Part shown: positions 37,929-46,743 of the stretch, piece after piece
Numbering within the stretch: position 1 is the first letter of the stretch
Layout: the number at the start of each line of letters is the position of its first letter
Assembly: GCA_963977015.1 (NCBI GenBank)
Contig: CAXBMO010000015.1
Location: 32,001 to 96,000, forward strand
Length of the DNA stretch: 64,000 bases
Origin: an uncultured bacterium
GTDB taxonomy: Bacteria > Verrucomicrobiota > Verrucomicrobiia > Verrucomicrobiales > DEV007
Direction of reading: 5' to 3'
Notes under the pieces: model-generated
The model's database searches: none
What the model saw: only the letters and a program-made list of their open reading frames with translations
Told to the model about the DNA's origin: nothing
Program-made: the position numbers and the translations under genes

Positions 37929-38780
37929 TCAATCAAGTCTCAGCTTTTGGAGCAAATTATTGACCTGCCCGAATGCATCTGTTTGCACTTGTTCTGGAGT
38001 CAGTTCCGTGAATTCCGGTGCATCCTCCAGAAACCGTCGGACGGTTGTCGGCCCGAAATCATCGCGGCTACGAAACTTCACTGCTATTTTTCGAAATCCC
38101 TCCAAGGCTATTTCATCAGCCAAAAGGGGTATACATCGTTCGGCCAGAGCAGCAATGCCACCATCAAAATTGCGAACCGAGAAATAGATATCGTAGGCAT
38201 CTTTCATCTTGTCCCGTCCACTGAGCGCATAGCCCTTCATCACCAACGTCGCGGGAATGGTAGCGATTCTCACTTCTACGGAATTCATCCGCCCGTCCGG
38301 CATATAGCCTTCCAAGTGCTTGGTGATGTTGTCTCTGATCGCAATCGAACAACCATCCACAGCTTGCACTCGCAGTCCCTCCACCAATGGTGGCCGATTT
38401 TTTACGTATTTGGCCTCGCGCGGCATCAACAAGTCAACAATCACGGGAACTGGCTCACCTCCATCATCTACGTTAATCAAGCGAAGTAGTTGAAAGGGCT
38501 TCAGGTCATCTCCACGCCGATATCCCTGCTTTTCCAGCGTTTCGACCAACTCGGCGTATTGTCCTTCAGAAAGTCCTTTCGGATTCAACCCAAGATCGAC
38601 ATCCAGGGTGCCGAGATGCGCTGGTCTTGCATGGTTCAACAGCAACCAAGGAACCGAACCGCCAACGAGGACCACATTGTTTCGAAACGGTACCAAAATC
38701 TGCCCGAGTTCGATGATAACCTGAAAAACGGCCCGAACATCCCGGTCATGGTAATCAGTTGCAATAATCGGTTCCTTCAT
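37929..38780 (-). CDS. Nucleotidyltransferase, AbiEii/AbiGii-like putative toxin
   Basis: VLVGGSVP, HLGTLDVD (Pol-beta-like GG...DxD), LVMKGYA and RDKMKDAYDIY motifs; ATG at 38780 overlaps the upstream stop (ATGA). Confidence 0.8.
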   Translation of the reverse strand: MKEPIIATDYHDRDVRAVFQVIIELGQILVPFRNNVVLVGGSVPWLLLNHARPAHLGTLDVDLGLNPKGLSEGQYAELVETLEKQGYRRGDDLKPFQLLRLINVDDGGEPVPVIVDLLMPREAKYVKNRPPLVEGLRVQAVDGCSIAIRDNITKHLEGYMPDGRMNSVEVRIATIPATLVMKGYALSGRDKMKDAYDIYFSVRNFDGGIAALAERCIPLLADEIALEGFRKIAVKFRSRDDFGPTTVRRFLEDAPEFTELTPEQVQTDAFGQVNNLLQKLRLD

Positions 38781-39922
38781 AACTGCCAATCCTTAATGAT
38801 TTTGTGTTTTAGGAGATGCTCAGCAGCTTCCTGACCCCGTTCGCCGCCAGAAACCAGATCGAGGTAGGTTTGTATTGGGTTGGTTGCCCACAGATCCGGT
38901 GAAACCTGTTCCGCCCTCCAAAAAACGGCCTCATCACGCACTTGCGTAATTACGACATTTTCACCCTCCGGAACTGTCTGCAACTGCATTGCTGCCGCAG
39001 AGTCCTCGAGATACCGAAAGCCTGGATTCAGGGTGCTCACAATATACAGCTCAGTGAATGGTGAACGCCCAAAGGGCGCATACCATTTGGCAGCAGAATA
39101 GGCGGCGTAAACAACTCGTGGCCGACGCAAATCACTATCAGGAGAGCGTTGATCATGAGCCACCTTGGAAAATTGAACGATGGCGTTTTGCAACTCCGCG
39201 CCGTGTAATGGAGTATAGTATCTCTTGGATTCCCGTTTGCCGGACTTGTAAGCCTGCCCCCACGCGATAAGTAAATCCGATGGGTTTGCGATTTGAACTC
39301 CATTCGGCGTATCCACTGCGTAGTTCTCCTCCAACAAACGATGGGTCACTTTCTGCACCATTCCCAAACTCACTCCCGAGGTTACCGCTTCCACCAACTC
39401 CCTTAAACGCCAAGATCGTTTCACATTTTCGGGATGAAGCATGGTTCGCAACACCAACTGAGCCTTCTCACTGGACCACGCAACCTTCCTAGATTCTTCC
39501 ACATACGGATTCGGGATTCCTTCACGGTGATCGTGAAATCCTCGGACGCTGATGTGACAATTGCCCGCCAAGTCGAACCATCCAAGCCCGGCTTGTTCGA
39601 TGACCTCGCCTGCGCGTCTGGAAATCCAGGGTGCTGCTAGCAGTCCGTAGACTGGCGTTTTCTTCGGCAAATTGAGGGCCGTCAGCAATGATGGTTCACA
39701 CCGGTTACGCTCCAACCGTTGCGCAAGTTTGGCAATCTCAGACGGGCGAATCGAAGATTTGCATTCGACAAGAAAAGCAACCCGACCGAGGGGGCCGTGC
39801 ATGACCGCAGCGAGATCGACGCGGTCGTCGAGCGGGAATTCGGAAACGGTTGGGGGCTCCTCCATCCAATGGTGGTTGAGAAGTTCCAGAAGCGTCACCG
39901 ATAATTGGGAAAAATAATCCAT
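38777..39922 (-). CDS. Type IV TA AbiEi-family (AbiEi_2/DUF2186-like) putative antitoxin/regulator
   Basis: N-terminal VD...LVECKSS, APWIS...GWFDLAGNC, wHTH-like LRELVEAV..GVSLGMVQKV..L, and C-terminal TNPIQTYLDL...GERGQEAAEHL. Confidence 0.8.
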   Translation of the reverse strand: MDYFSQLSVTLLELLNHHWMEEPPTVSEFPLDDRVDLAAVMHGPLGRVAFLVECKSSIRPSEIAKLAQRLERNRCEPSLLTALNLPKKTPVYGLLAAPWISRRAGEVIEQAGLGWFDLAGNCHISVRGFHDHREGIPNPYVEESRKVAWSSEKAQLVLRTMLHPENVKRSWRLRELVEAVTSGVSLGMVQKVTHRLLEENYAVDTPNGVQIANPSDLLIAWGQAYKSGKRESKRYYTPLHGAELQNAIVQFSKVAHDQRSPDSDLRRPRVVYAAYSAAKWYAPFGRSPFTELYIVSTLNPGFRYLEDSAAAMQLQTVPEGENVVITQVRDEAVFWRAEQVSPDLWATNPIQTYLDLVSGGERGQEAAEHLLKHKIIKDWQL

Positions 39923-39931
39923 TTTCGCGGT

Positions 39932-39988
39932 TTGTTCACGTTTTGTTATTGTTCACGCCCATCGTGAACTTCTCCATTTCATGAACAA
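39932..39988. promoter_or_regulatory. Nested palindromic operator upstream of the AbiEi-like gene
   Basis: TTGTTCACG (39932), TTGTTCACG (39949), CGTGAAC (39963) and CATGAACAA (39980). Confidence 0.65.
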
Positions 39989-40095
39989 GCGCAACAGATT
40001 TCTGCAGAATCACTTGAAGCGATTTCAGCTCCTCGAATTGAGTTCAGTGCCGGTACGCTAAAATGCCGATCTTTTGGCTATAGAAAAACGAGGCT

Positions 40096-41451
40096 TCAGT
40101 CACTCACTTCGCCGTAAAGCGTGTGGCCGGTCGTCTCGGTAATCTTGACGTCAAACAGCTTCCCGATCAGGCGGTCATCGCCTTCGATGATGACGATCCG
40201 ATTGGTGCTCGTGCGGCCGCTGAGACGTTCGGCATTTCGCTTGCTGGGCCCTTCGCAGAGAATCTGAACGGTCTTGCCAACCAACGCTTCGTTCTTCCGG
40301 ATCGAGATTTCGTCCACCAAACGCAGCAAATCCTGGTTCCTCTCTTCCTTCACCCGCTCCGGCAGTTGCTCGTCCATCTCAGCTGCAGGTGTGTCCTTGC
40401 GTTTGCTGTAGCGGAATACAAATGCGTGATCGAAATCGACCCGCTTCACGACTTCCTTGGTCGCAAGGTAGTCTTCGTCCGTTTCACCAGGAAATCCGAC
40501 GATGACGTCGGTCGAAATCGCGATGTCTGGCCGGGCTTCCTTCATGCGATCGCAGATTTCGATGAACTTTTCGGCTTTGTAAGGCCGATGCATCCGCTTG
40601 AGAATGCGGTCCGATCCGGACTGCATGGGGAAGTGAACGTGGCTCGCCAGCTTTGGCAGGTAAGTGAACGCGTCGATCACGTCCTGCTTGTAACCGACCG
40701 GGTGAGGGGAGGTGAATCGAATCCGCTCTAGGCCATCGACTTCGTGGACCGCTTCCAGCAATTGGGTGAACGGCGTTTTGCCGTCAACCTTTGGAAACTC
40801 ATGGCGACCGTAGAGGTTGACGATCTGGCCAAGCAGCGTCACTTCCTTGGTTCCGCCGTCCACCAGCCGCTTGACCTCATCCACAATCTGCGAAATCGGG
40901 CGCGCCCGCTCCGATCCCCGGGTGTAGGGCACGATGCAGAAGGTGCACTTCATGTTGCAGCCCTGCATGATGCTCACGAATTCGCTGATCCCGTGGTTTT
41001 TGGTCAGGTGATCGCGAATCGTATTCTGCGATTCATCTTCCTCACCGATATCGACAATCGAATGTCGAAGATCGTCCATCTGCGCATCGAGCCGAGGCTT
41101 GAGAATGGCCTCAACATGATCCACGACCTTGTGATACTTCTGCGTTCCGGCAACGAGATCGACGTGCGGCATCTGCTCAACCAATTCGGCACCGCGACTT
41201 TGCGCCATGCAGCCGAGAAAACCGTAGACCACGTGATGCCGTTCACGACGCAACTTACTGAGCCTCGCCATATTGCCGAGTGCCTTCTGCTCTGCCTGAT
41301 CGCGCACACTACAGGTGTTCATCAGTACGACATCCGCCTCCGTCTCGTCCGCCGTCAGGGTATAACCACGCTCGACGAACATCTGCTCCACCTGTTCGGT
41401 ATCGCGAACGTTCATCTGGCAGCCATAGGTGCGAATGTAGACTTTGGGCAT
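40096..41451 (-). CDS. miaB: tRNA-2-methylthio-N6-isopentenyladenosine methylthiotransferase
   Basis: TYGCQMN, NTCSVR, GCMAQ, radical SAM CNMKCTFC, RIRFTSPHP and C-terminal TRAM domain. Confidence 0.97.
   Translation of the reverse strand: MPKVYIRTYGCQMNVRDTEQVEQMFVERGYTLTADETEADVVLMNTCSVRDQAEQKALGNMARLSKLRRERHHVVYGFLGCMAQSRGAELVEQMPHVDLVAGTQKYHKVVDHVEAILKPRLDAQMDDLRHSIVDIGEEDESQNTIRDHLTKNHGISEFVSIMQGCNMKCTFCIVPYTRGSERARPISQIVDEVKRLVDGGTKEVTLLGQIVNLYGRHEFPKVDGKTPFTQLLEAVHEVDGLERIRFTSPHPVGYKQDVIDAFTYLPKLASHVHFPMQSGSDRILKRMHRPYKAEKFIEICDRMKEARPDIAISTDVIVGFPGETDEDYLATKEVVKRVDFDHAFVFRYSKRKDTPAAEMDEQLPERVKEERNQDLLRLVDEISIRKNEALVGKTVQILCEGPSKRNAERLSGRTSTNRIVIIEGDDRLIGKLFDVKITETTGHTLYGEVSD
40109..40177. 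repeat. 69-bp direct repeat, copy 2 (inside the miaB 3' end)
   Basis: Identical to 37819-37887. Confidence 0.97.
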
Positions 41452-41570
41452 CGGTAACGGGGGTGCAGACTATGCTCGGAAAATGCCCGGAAACAAGCGG
41501 GGAACCCGATTTCCCGCAAACTCACAGGACTGAATGCAGACGAATCCAAGAACCGTCCGTATCCGCTTCG

Positions 41571-42092
41571 ATGAAGGCAATCTTCACTCAGTCCGTTCTA
41601 CTCTTGGGAATATCGACGCTTTTTTCGGGAGAAAGCAGGGCCGAAGACTTCGATCGCGTCAATGCAACGAAACTGAATGGAGTCACTGCGATTGACCAAT
41701 TCGGAAAAACTCATCGATTTCAGTTTCCCACTCGCCGCCCCGTGCTCGTCACAACGGCGGGACAACGCGGATCCCGGGACATTGAATCCTGGATTCGCCC
41801 AATCGGGGAAGAATTCTACGGCAAGGTCGAGATCATCGGCATCGCTCAACTCGAGGGCGTCCCGGCTTCGCTGCGGGGCCCGCTTCGCAAGCTCATCGCG
41901 ATGCATTCCGCCAACCACCCCGTTCTCCTGGATTGGAATGGCGAGCTTTGCCGACTGTTTCCCTACTCGAAAAACACGGTGTCAGTTTCCCTGCTCGACC
42001 AAAACGGAACCGGCGTCTGGGCGGCAACCGGAAAGGTCACCCCAGCCGAGCTGGAAGAGCTACGCCAGCAGCTGCGGAAAATGGTCCGCTAG
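41571..42092 (+). CDS. Secreted Cys-motif-less thioredoxin-like protein (YtfJ/ATP10-like)
   Basis: Signal peptide; IDQFGK, PVLLDWNG and LLDQNG.GVW...G pattern. Confidence 0.55.
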   Translation: MKAIFTQSVLLLGISTLFSGESRAEDFDRVNATKLNGVTAIDQFGKTHRFQFPTRRPVLVTTAGQRGSRDIESWIRPIGEEFYGKVEIIGIAQLEGVPASLRGPLRKLIAMHSANHPVLLDWNGELCRLFPYSKNTVSVSLLDQNGTGVWAATGKVTPAELEELRQQLRKMVR

Positions 42093-42094
42093 AT

Positions 42095-42943
42095 TTAGTG
42101 CGACAGGAAAAGCGCAACTTTCCCGTAATCAATCAGGCTTGTCGCAAAGCTTCCGACGAAGGCGTCTTTGATGAACTTTCGTGAATGAATGCCGGATACG
42201 ATCAAATCCGCTTTTTCCAGCAACCCTTCTTTTTCGAGCGCTTCGAAGGCTGTGTCTGTCGACGTCACGACGTCAAAATCATTGATGTCGTGAGACCGAA
42301 GGTAACTCGCCGCACTCTCGATCGAATGCTTGGCGTGCTCTTCGTCTTTGTCCGCACAAAACAGTGTGTAGTTGAACTCGAAAGGCTTGGCAAATGCCAC
42401 GAAATCCCTCAGGGCGCGGGCGGAATTGAAACTTCCGTCATAGGCCACGACCACGTTTTTGATCGGGGCGGGCTCGGAATTCGGAACCGCCAAAACCGGT
42501 GTCACGGTTCGATCCAGAATTTTGACGAGGGAGTCGCCGGGAGTGTCGCGGGTCTCAAAATGGAAAAACGTCCGCAACCCCACCACGATCAGATCGAACA
42601 GAGCCGACGCTTCGAGGATCAGGTTGGGAGGCAATCCTTCCACCAGAACTTCCTGGTGAGTGGTATGAAGCGAGTCACACGTTTCCGCAAACCGCTTTTC
42701 AACGTCTTCGATCTCCTCTTTGGCTTCTTCCAGAGCGCTCGACATCGCATCGATCACTGCCGGCCAATTCTGCATCTCCAACGGAGCAATGTAGGAGCGA
42801 ATCTCGGGTGAATCGAGAACGACCAATCCCTCGACTTGGGCGTAATGTGCCTTGGCGACATCGCAGGCTCGCAAGGTTGCGGCAGTCGAATAATCGGACG
42901 GATCAAGGGGAACCAGAATGCGCTGAATGGATGAGTGATTCAT
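42095..42943 (-). CDS. Tandem universal stress protein
   Basis: RILVPLD.S...DLIVVG...PVLAVP, then VVVAYDGS.NSARAL...DLIVSG...FVGS. Confidence 0.9.
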   Translation of the reverse strand: MNHSSIQRILVPLDPSDYSTAATLRACDVAKAHYAQVEGLVVLDSPEIRSYIAPLEMQNWPAVIDAMSSALEEAKEEIEDVEKRFAETCDSLHTTHQEVLVEGLPPNLILEASALFDLIVVGLRTFFHFETRDTPGDSLVKILDRTVTPVLAVPNSEPAPIKNVVVAYDGSFNSARALRDFVAFAKPFEFNYTLFCADKDEEHAKHSIESAASYLRSHDINDFDVVTSTDTAFEALEKEGLLEKADLIVSGIHSRKFIKDAFVGSFATSLIDYGKVALFLSH

Positions 42944-43057
42944 AATCTTAGTGTTCGTAAATTCGGCGTGGGTTGCCTCACGTTGGTAGCGGTTGACGGA
43001 ACAGTCTTTGTCCCACCGATCCCAGTGACGCTCAACTCGTTTTTTTGCATCAAATCA

Positions 43058-43543
43058 TCAGCTACCATAACCTGGAAACTCGGACTTGTATGCGACATCG
43101 AGATACTCCACCAAATCAATTAGCTGCTGTATGGTCATCGACTCCGTCAACTTCGGCATGAACGGCTCAACGTCCTCTGCTCCCGGAGTCTGCTGCAACA
43201 AGGCGCGATAGCGTTCCGTCATCACATGACGCGGATTGGTAATCGCCGTGATCAGATCCTCGTAGCGCTTCACAAACCGCATTTCATCGCCGAGTTGCAA
43301 TTCCAGACGCGCGTCTGCCGGCTGTTTCGCCTCGGAGCCTTTCACCGAATGGCATTGAACGCAGACCAGTTGACTGAATACCATTTCTCCCCGGTCGGGA
43401 TCTCCTCCGAGGAACCGGAACGGAGCATGTTCCTGGGATGGATCGACCAGTTCTTTTTCGCCCGCTTCGGGCCCCGGTGCTGCATTCGCGACGGCCAGCA
43501 CTCCTGTTGAGACAAGTAGAACGAGACGAATGATCGACTTCAT
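43058..43543 (-). CDS. Monoheme c-type cytochrome
   Basis: Signal peptide; GDPDRGE.VF...CVQCH; ITNP.H; MP. Confidence 0.8.
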   Translation of the reverse strand: MKSIIRLVLLVSTGVLAVANAAPGPEAGEKELVDPSQEHAPFRFLGGDPDRGEMVFSQLVCVQCHSVKGSEAKQPADARLELQLGDEMRFVKRYEDLITAITNPRHVMTERYRALLQQTPGAEDVEPFMPKLTESMTIQQLIDLVEYLDVAYKSEFPGYGS

Positions 43544-43574
43544 CAGCCGGGCAGGGTGGAAGTTTTTCACGGTC

Positions 43575-43922
43575 TTAGCTGGCTTCCTTTTTCTTCTGAC
43601 AATCGATACAGAGCGAAACCGATGGTTTGGCCATTAAACGCTCGATTGGAATCTCGGTTCCACATTGGAGACAATTCTCGTAGGTCCCTTCGACAAGGCG
43701 CTGCAACGCGAGATCAACTTTCGCAATCAGGTAGGCGTCGTCCATGCTCAATTGATGCTCAACGATGCGCTCGGCTTCCAATTCCGCTCGCTCAGCAAAG
43801 TCGGCTCCCACCTCAAAGGTCGTTCGTTCTTCGCGACGACGAAGCGCGCCGATCTCACCCACGATTTCATCGCGTTCCTCAAGGAGTTGCTTTCGAATCT
43901 GGTCTTTCTGCTCTTCAGTCAT
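43575..43922 (-). CDS. TraR/DksA C4-type zinc-finger protein
   Basis: ALQRL.EGTYENCLQCGTEIPIERL.AKP..SLCIDCQ. Confidence 0.9.
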   Translation of the reverse strand: MTEEQKDQIRKQLLEERDEIVGEIGALRRREERTTFEVGADFAERAELEAERIVEHQLSMDDAYLIAKVDLALQRLVEGTYENCLQCGTEIPIERLMAKPSVSLCIDCQKKKEAS

Positions 43923-43935
43923 GAATTCGTTTTGC

Positions 43936-44586
43936 TTAAGGTTGGGCATCTGGTTCACCGTCCAGCCGCGTGGTGATGAACGCTGCGATGTTTCTGATAT
44001 CGCGAGGCCGCCAGAGACGCTTGGCCATGGCATGCATCGCGACTGAATCCAAATTTTGTGGATCAGCTTTGCGCTCTCCGCGCCTGAATCGCTGAACCTG
44101 CTCGATCAGGTACCAATCCTGAAAACCGTGAAGCGGCGGACTCTCCTTCGCCGCATTTCCTTCTGCCGCGGAACCATGGCACTCGGCACAGAGATTGGCA
44201 TAAAGAACCTGACCCCGCTCGATATCACCAACAACACTGTGGGCCGCACGACGCGGAGGCAACGCGGCTACGTAGGCTGCCAGATCCCGAAACAACTCGT
44301 CGTCCAGTTCCACAGCCTCGCGATGCATGAAGTAGACGTTTTCATCGTCCGTCCCCCCACGCATGCCTTCACGATACTTGGCGATCTGCTGCATGAAGTA
44401 GTAGTCCGGCAACCCGGCGATGGCGGGTCCTCTGCCTTCGTCATAGCCCTGGCCATCCTGGCCGTGGCAGGACGCACATTCGTTCTTCCAGAAATGGAGC
44501 GTCCGAAACTCCCTCTCGTCGTCATCCTGAGCAACGGTAGGGAGAATGAGGCAGATCCAGAAGAAAAGGAAAACCATTCGCATCAT
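43936..44586 (-). CDS. Diheme cytochrome c (c4/c553-like)
   Basis: CASCHG and CAECHG, each followed by P.(I/L).G..(D/W)Y...Q...R.G.R and a Met ligand. Confidence 0.88.
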   Translation of the reverse strand: MMRMVFLFFWICLILPTVAQDDDEREFRTLHFWKNECASCHGQDGQGYDEGRGPAIAGLPDYYFMQQIAKYREGMRGGTDDENVYFMHREAVELDDELFRDLAAYVAALPPRRAAHSVVGDIERGQVLYANLCAECHGSAAEGNAAKESPPLHGFQDWYLIEQVQRFRRGERKADPQNLDSVAMHAMAKRLWRPRDIRNIAAFITTRLDGEPDAQP

Positions 44587-44682
44587 CTATGAATGACACG
44601 TTTGGCGAACTTTGACTTCACCGCGATTGCGAAGGTATGCGCGAATCTTGCGACTGTTGTCGTCGACGCAATCCCAACAAAA

Positions 44683-44970
44683 TCAGCCAACCGGGTGAAA
44701 AACCCAAATGCGCTTCACGTATTCGCCATACACGACCCAACTCGGCTCCTCGGTCAGCAATTGGGGACGAAGCGCAACGAATTCCAGATCCTCGAATTTC
44801 TTCTCGCGGGATGGAACCTGAACCGAGCCGCCTCCCGGCGCCACGTCCGTATCGGTTTCCATCACCTGGAGTTTAATCACGAACCAAACCGCCACGGCGA
44901 TCGCCAAGGCTGCCAGCTTCGCTTTCCAGTCGTGGAGGAACAGATTCTTCAGAAGGCGTGTCAGTTTCAT
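44683..44970 (-). CDS. Short CdaR/YbbR-like N-terminal TM peptide
   Basis: NLFLHDWKAKLAALAIAVAVWFVI resembles the CdaR N-terminus; sits immediately downstream of cdaA and overlaps it by 98 bp. Confidence 0.55.
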   Translation of the reverse strand: MKLTRLLKNLFLHDWKAKLAALAIAVAVWFVIKLQVMETDTDVAPGGGSVQVPSREKKFEDLEFVALRPQLLTEEPSWVVYGEYVKRIWVFHPVG

Positions 44971-45736
44971 TCGGCAATAAAAGTTCGTAAAGGCGACGGT
45001 GGAACGCTTCGTCACTCAAATTCTGTTCGAGCTTGCCATCGACGGCAATGGAAAGATTCCCAGTTTCCTCAGAAACAACCAGGGCAATCGCGTCAGACTC
45101 ATCACTCACGCCCATCGCCGCGCGATGTCGCAATCCAATGCTGCGATCCGAAAGCTCTTTCTGCGAAACCGGAAACACGCAACCCGCACCTTCAATCCGC
45201 TCATCGACCACCCGAAAAATCACACCGCCATCGTGCAGCGCCGCCTTGGGATGAAAAATCGCCAGCATGATCTCCGGCGTCAGCTTTGCATCCAGCTCAA
45301 CCCCAGTATCGAGCAGGTGCTTCAGGCTGATTCCCCGTTCAATCGCGATCAAGGCCCCAATTCGGCGTTTCGAGAGAATCTGGGCGACTTCCGCCAGTTC
45401 GTCGACCGTCTCGCGACGTTGTGCGATCAAAAACGAACTGAATCGGCTTCCCAGCTCCGCCAAACCGCGTCGCAATTCCGGCTGGAACAGGATGATGAGG
45501 GCAATGGCCAGCAAGGCCGAAAAGCTTTTCACCAACCATTCGATGACTTCCAACTGGAGATAGCGCGAAAGCAGCGTCAGTCCGATGATGACGAGAAGCA
45601 GGCCGATCAAGATCCGTGCAGCCCGGGTCGCCCGGAAGTAAATGTACCCCTGGTAAACGATGACCGCGAGAATCAGAATCTCAACCGCGGCACGCCACCA
45701 GTCGGTTTCTTGAAGCAATTCAGCGAAAGGTTCCAT
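44873..45736 (-). CDS. cdaA: Diadenylate cyclase CdaA
   Basis: Three TM helices, FQPELRR.L, GALIAIER, LHDGG, GLRHRAA.G and VVSEETG motifs. Confidence 0.95.
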   Translation of the reverse strand: MEPFAELLQETDWWRAAVEILILAVIVYQGYIYFRATRAARILIGLLLVIIGLTLLSRYLQLEVIEWLVKSFSALLAIALIILFQPELRRGLAELGSRFSSFLIAQRRETVDELAEVAQILSKRRIGALIAIERGISLKHLLDTGVELDAKLTPEIMLAIFHPKAALHDGGVIFRVVDERIEGAGCVFPVSQKELSDRSIGLRHRAAMGVSDESDAIALVVSEETGNLSIAVDGKLEQNLSDEAFHRRLYELLLPNETDTPSEESVPPRLESEAGSLGDRRGGLVRD

Positions 45737-45809
45737 GGAGCACCTGAAGTTTCGCGTCGAGGACGGTTGGGCGCAAGGCGATTATGGATGGATTGGCAAC
45801 TACGGTGAT

Positions 45810-46646
45810 TCAATCCCGCTTCAAGGCCTCCGCCAGCCTCATCGCATCCAGATTTGCCCGGACATCGTGAACGCGATGAATTCGGACGCCGGAAACGCTG
45901 GCCAACGCCGTGGTGGCCACGGTTGGAGCAAAACGGTTGCCCAAATCTGCATCGAGAAGCTTGCCGAAGAAGGACTTTCGGGAAACGCCAAGCAACAGTG
46001 GACGTTCGGCAACGGTCAATCGATCCAAATTGCGCAACAGCTCCAAGTTGTGTTCCAAGGTCTTTCCAAAGCCGATTCCGGGATCAAAAACGATCCGATC
46101 GCGATCAATCCCGGCGTTCTCAGCCACCTCAAGACGCTCGGCAAAGAATTCGCGGACTTCGCCCACAACATCGTCGTAGGCCGGTTCCTGCTGCATGGTC
46201 CGCGGTTGCCCCTGCATGTGCATCAGCACGACCCCGGCGTTGGTTTCCGCCGCGGTTTTCGCCATTTCCGGGTCCCCCCGGAACGCCGTCACGTCATTGA
46301 TGATCACCGCTCCTCGTTCGCAAGCCTGGCGCGCGATGGATGCCTTCGATGTATCAATCGATATCATCACGTTGGAATCATGGCCGCTCAACTGCTCGAT
46401 CACCGGCATCACTCGGCGCGCCTCTTCCTCCGCCGTCACCGCCTCAGCTCCCGGTCGCGTCGATTCTCCACCAATGTCGACAATCGCCGCTCCCTCGGAA
46501 ATCATCTCGTGAGCATGATTGATCGCCGCAACAATTTCCTCAAACCGGCCTCCGTCCGAAAACGAATCCGGAGTCACATTCAAAATGCCCATGATGAGCC
46601 CTTGTTCGGACAAATGGATGGTGTGGTTGCAGCAACGCCAGATCAT
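45810..46646 (-). CDS. folP: Dihydropteroate synthase
   Basis: MGILNVTPDSFSDGG, DIGGESTRPG, DPGIGFGK, GVSRKSF and RVHDV motifs; ATG at 46646. Confidence 0.96.
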   Translation of the reverse strand: MIWRCCNHTIHLSEQGLIMGILNVTPDSFSDGGRFEEIVAAINHAHEMISEGAAIVDIGGESTRPGAEAVTAEEEARRVMPVIEQLSGHDSNVMISIDTSKASIARQACERGAVIINDVTAFRGDPEMAKTAAETNAGVVLMHMQGQPRTMQQEPAYDDVVGEVREFFAERLEVAENAGIDRDRIVFDPGIGFGKTLEHNLELLRNLDRLTVAERPLLLGVSRKSFFGKLLDADLGNRFAPTVATTALASVSGVRIHRVHDVRANLDAMRLAEALKRD

Positions 46647-46743
46647 TGAAATCACGATAAAGCGCAAAACCTGCGAATTCCCAAAAGAATTAGCCAAAAG
46701 GCTGAAGGAGTTCCGCTTGCTCTTTCGTCGGATAATTTTTACA

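Larger units (their letters stand above)
37819..40177. mobile_element. Integrase-less genomic islet inserted in the miaB 3' end, carrying a type IV TA-like gene pair
   Basis: Exact 69-bp flanking direct repeats 2290 bp apart; two accessory genes between the core genes miaB and rsfS. Confidence 0.85.

Noticed and set aside
37686-38489. 267-aa plus-strand ORF sharing AGRLGNLDVKQLPDQAV with ORF 40123-40731
   Set aside because: The shared peptide is only the antisense translation of the 69-bp miaB repeat; both ORFs are shadows of real minus-strand genes.
39989-40095. Possible integrase remnant inside the islet
   Set aside because: Only about 100 bp, with no recognisable recombinase motif; a remnant cannot be supported by eye.
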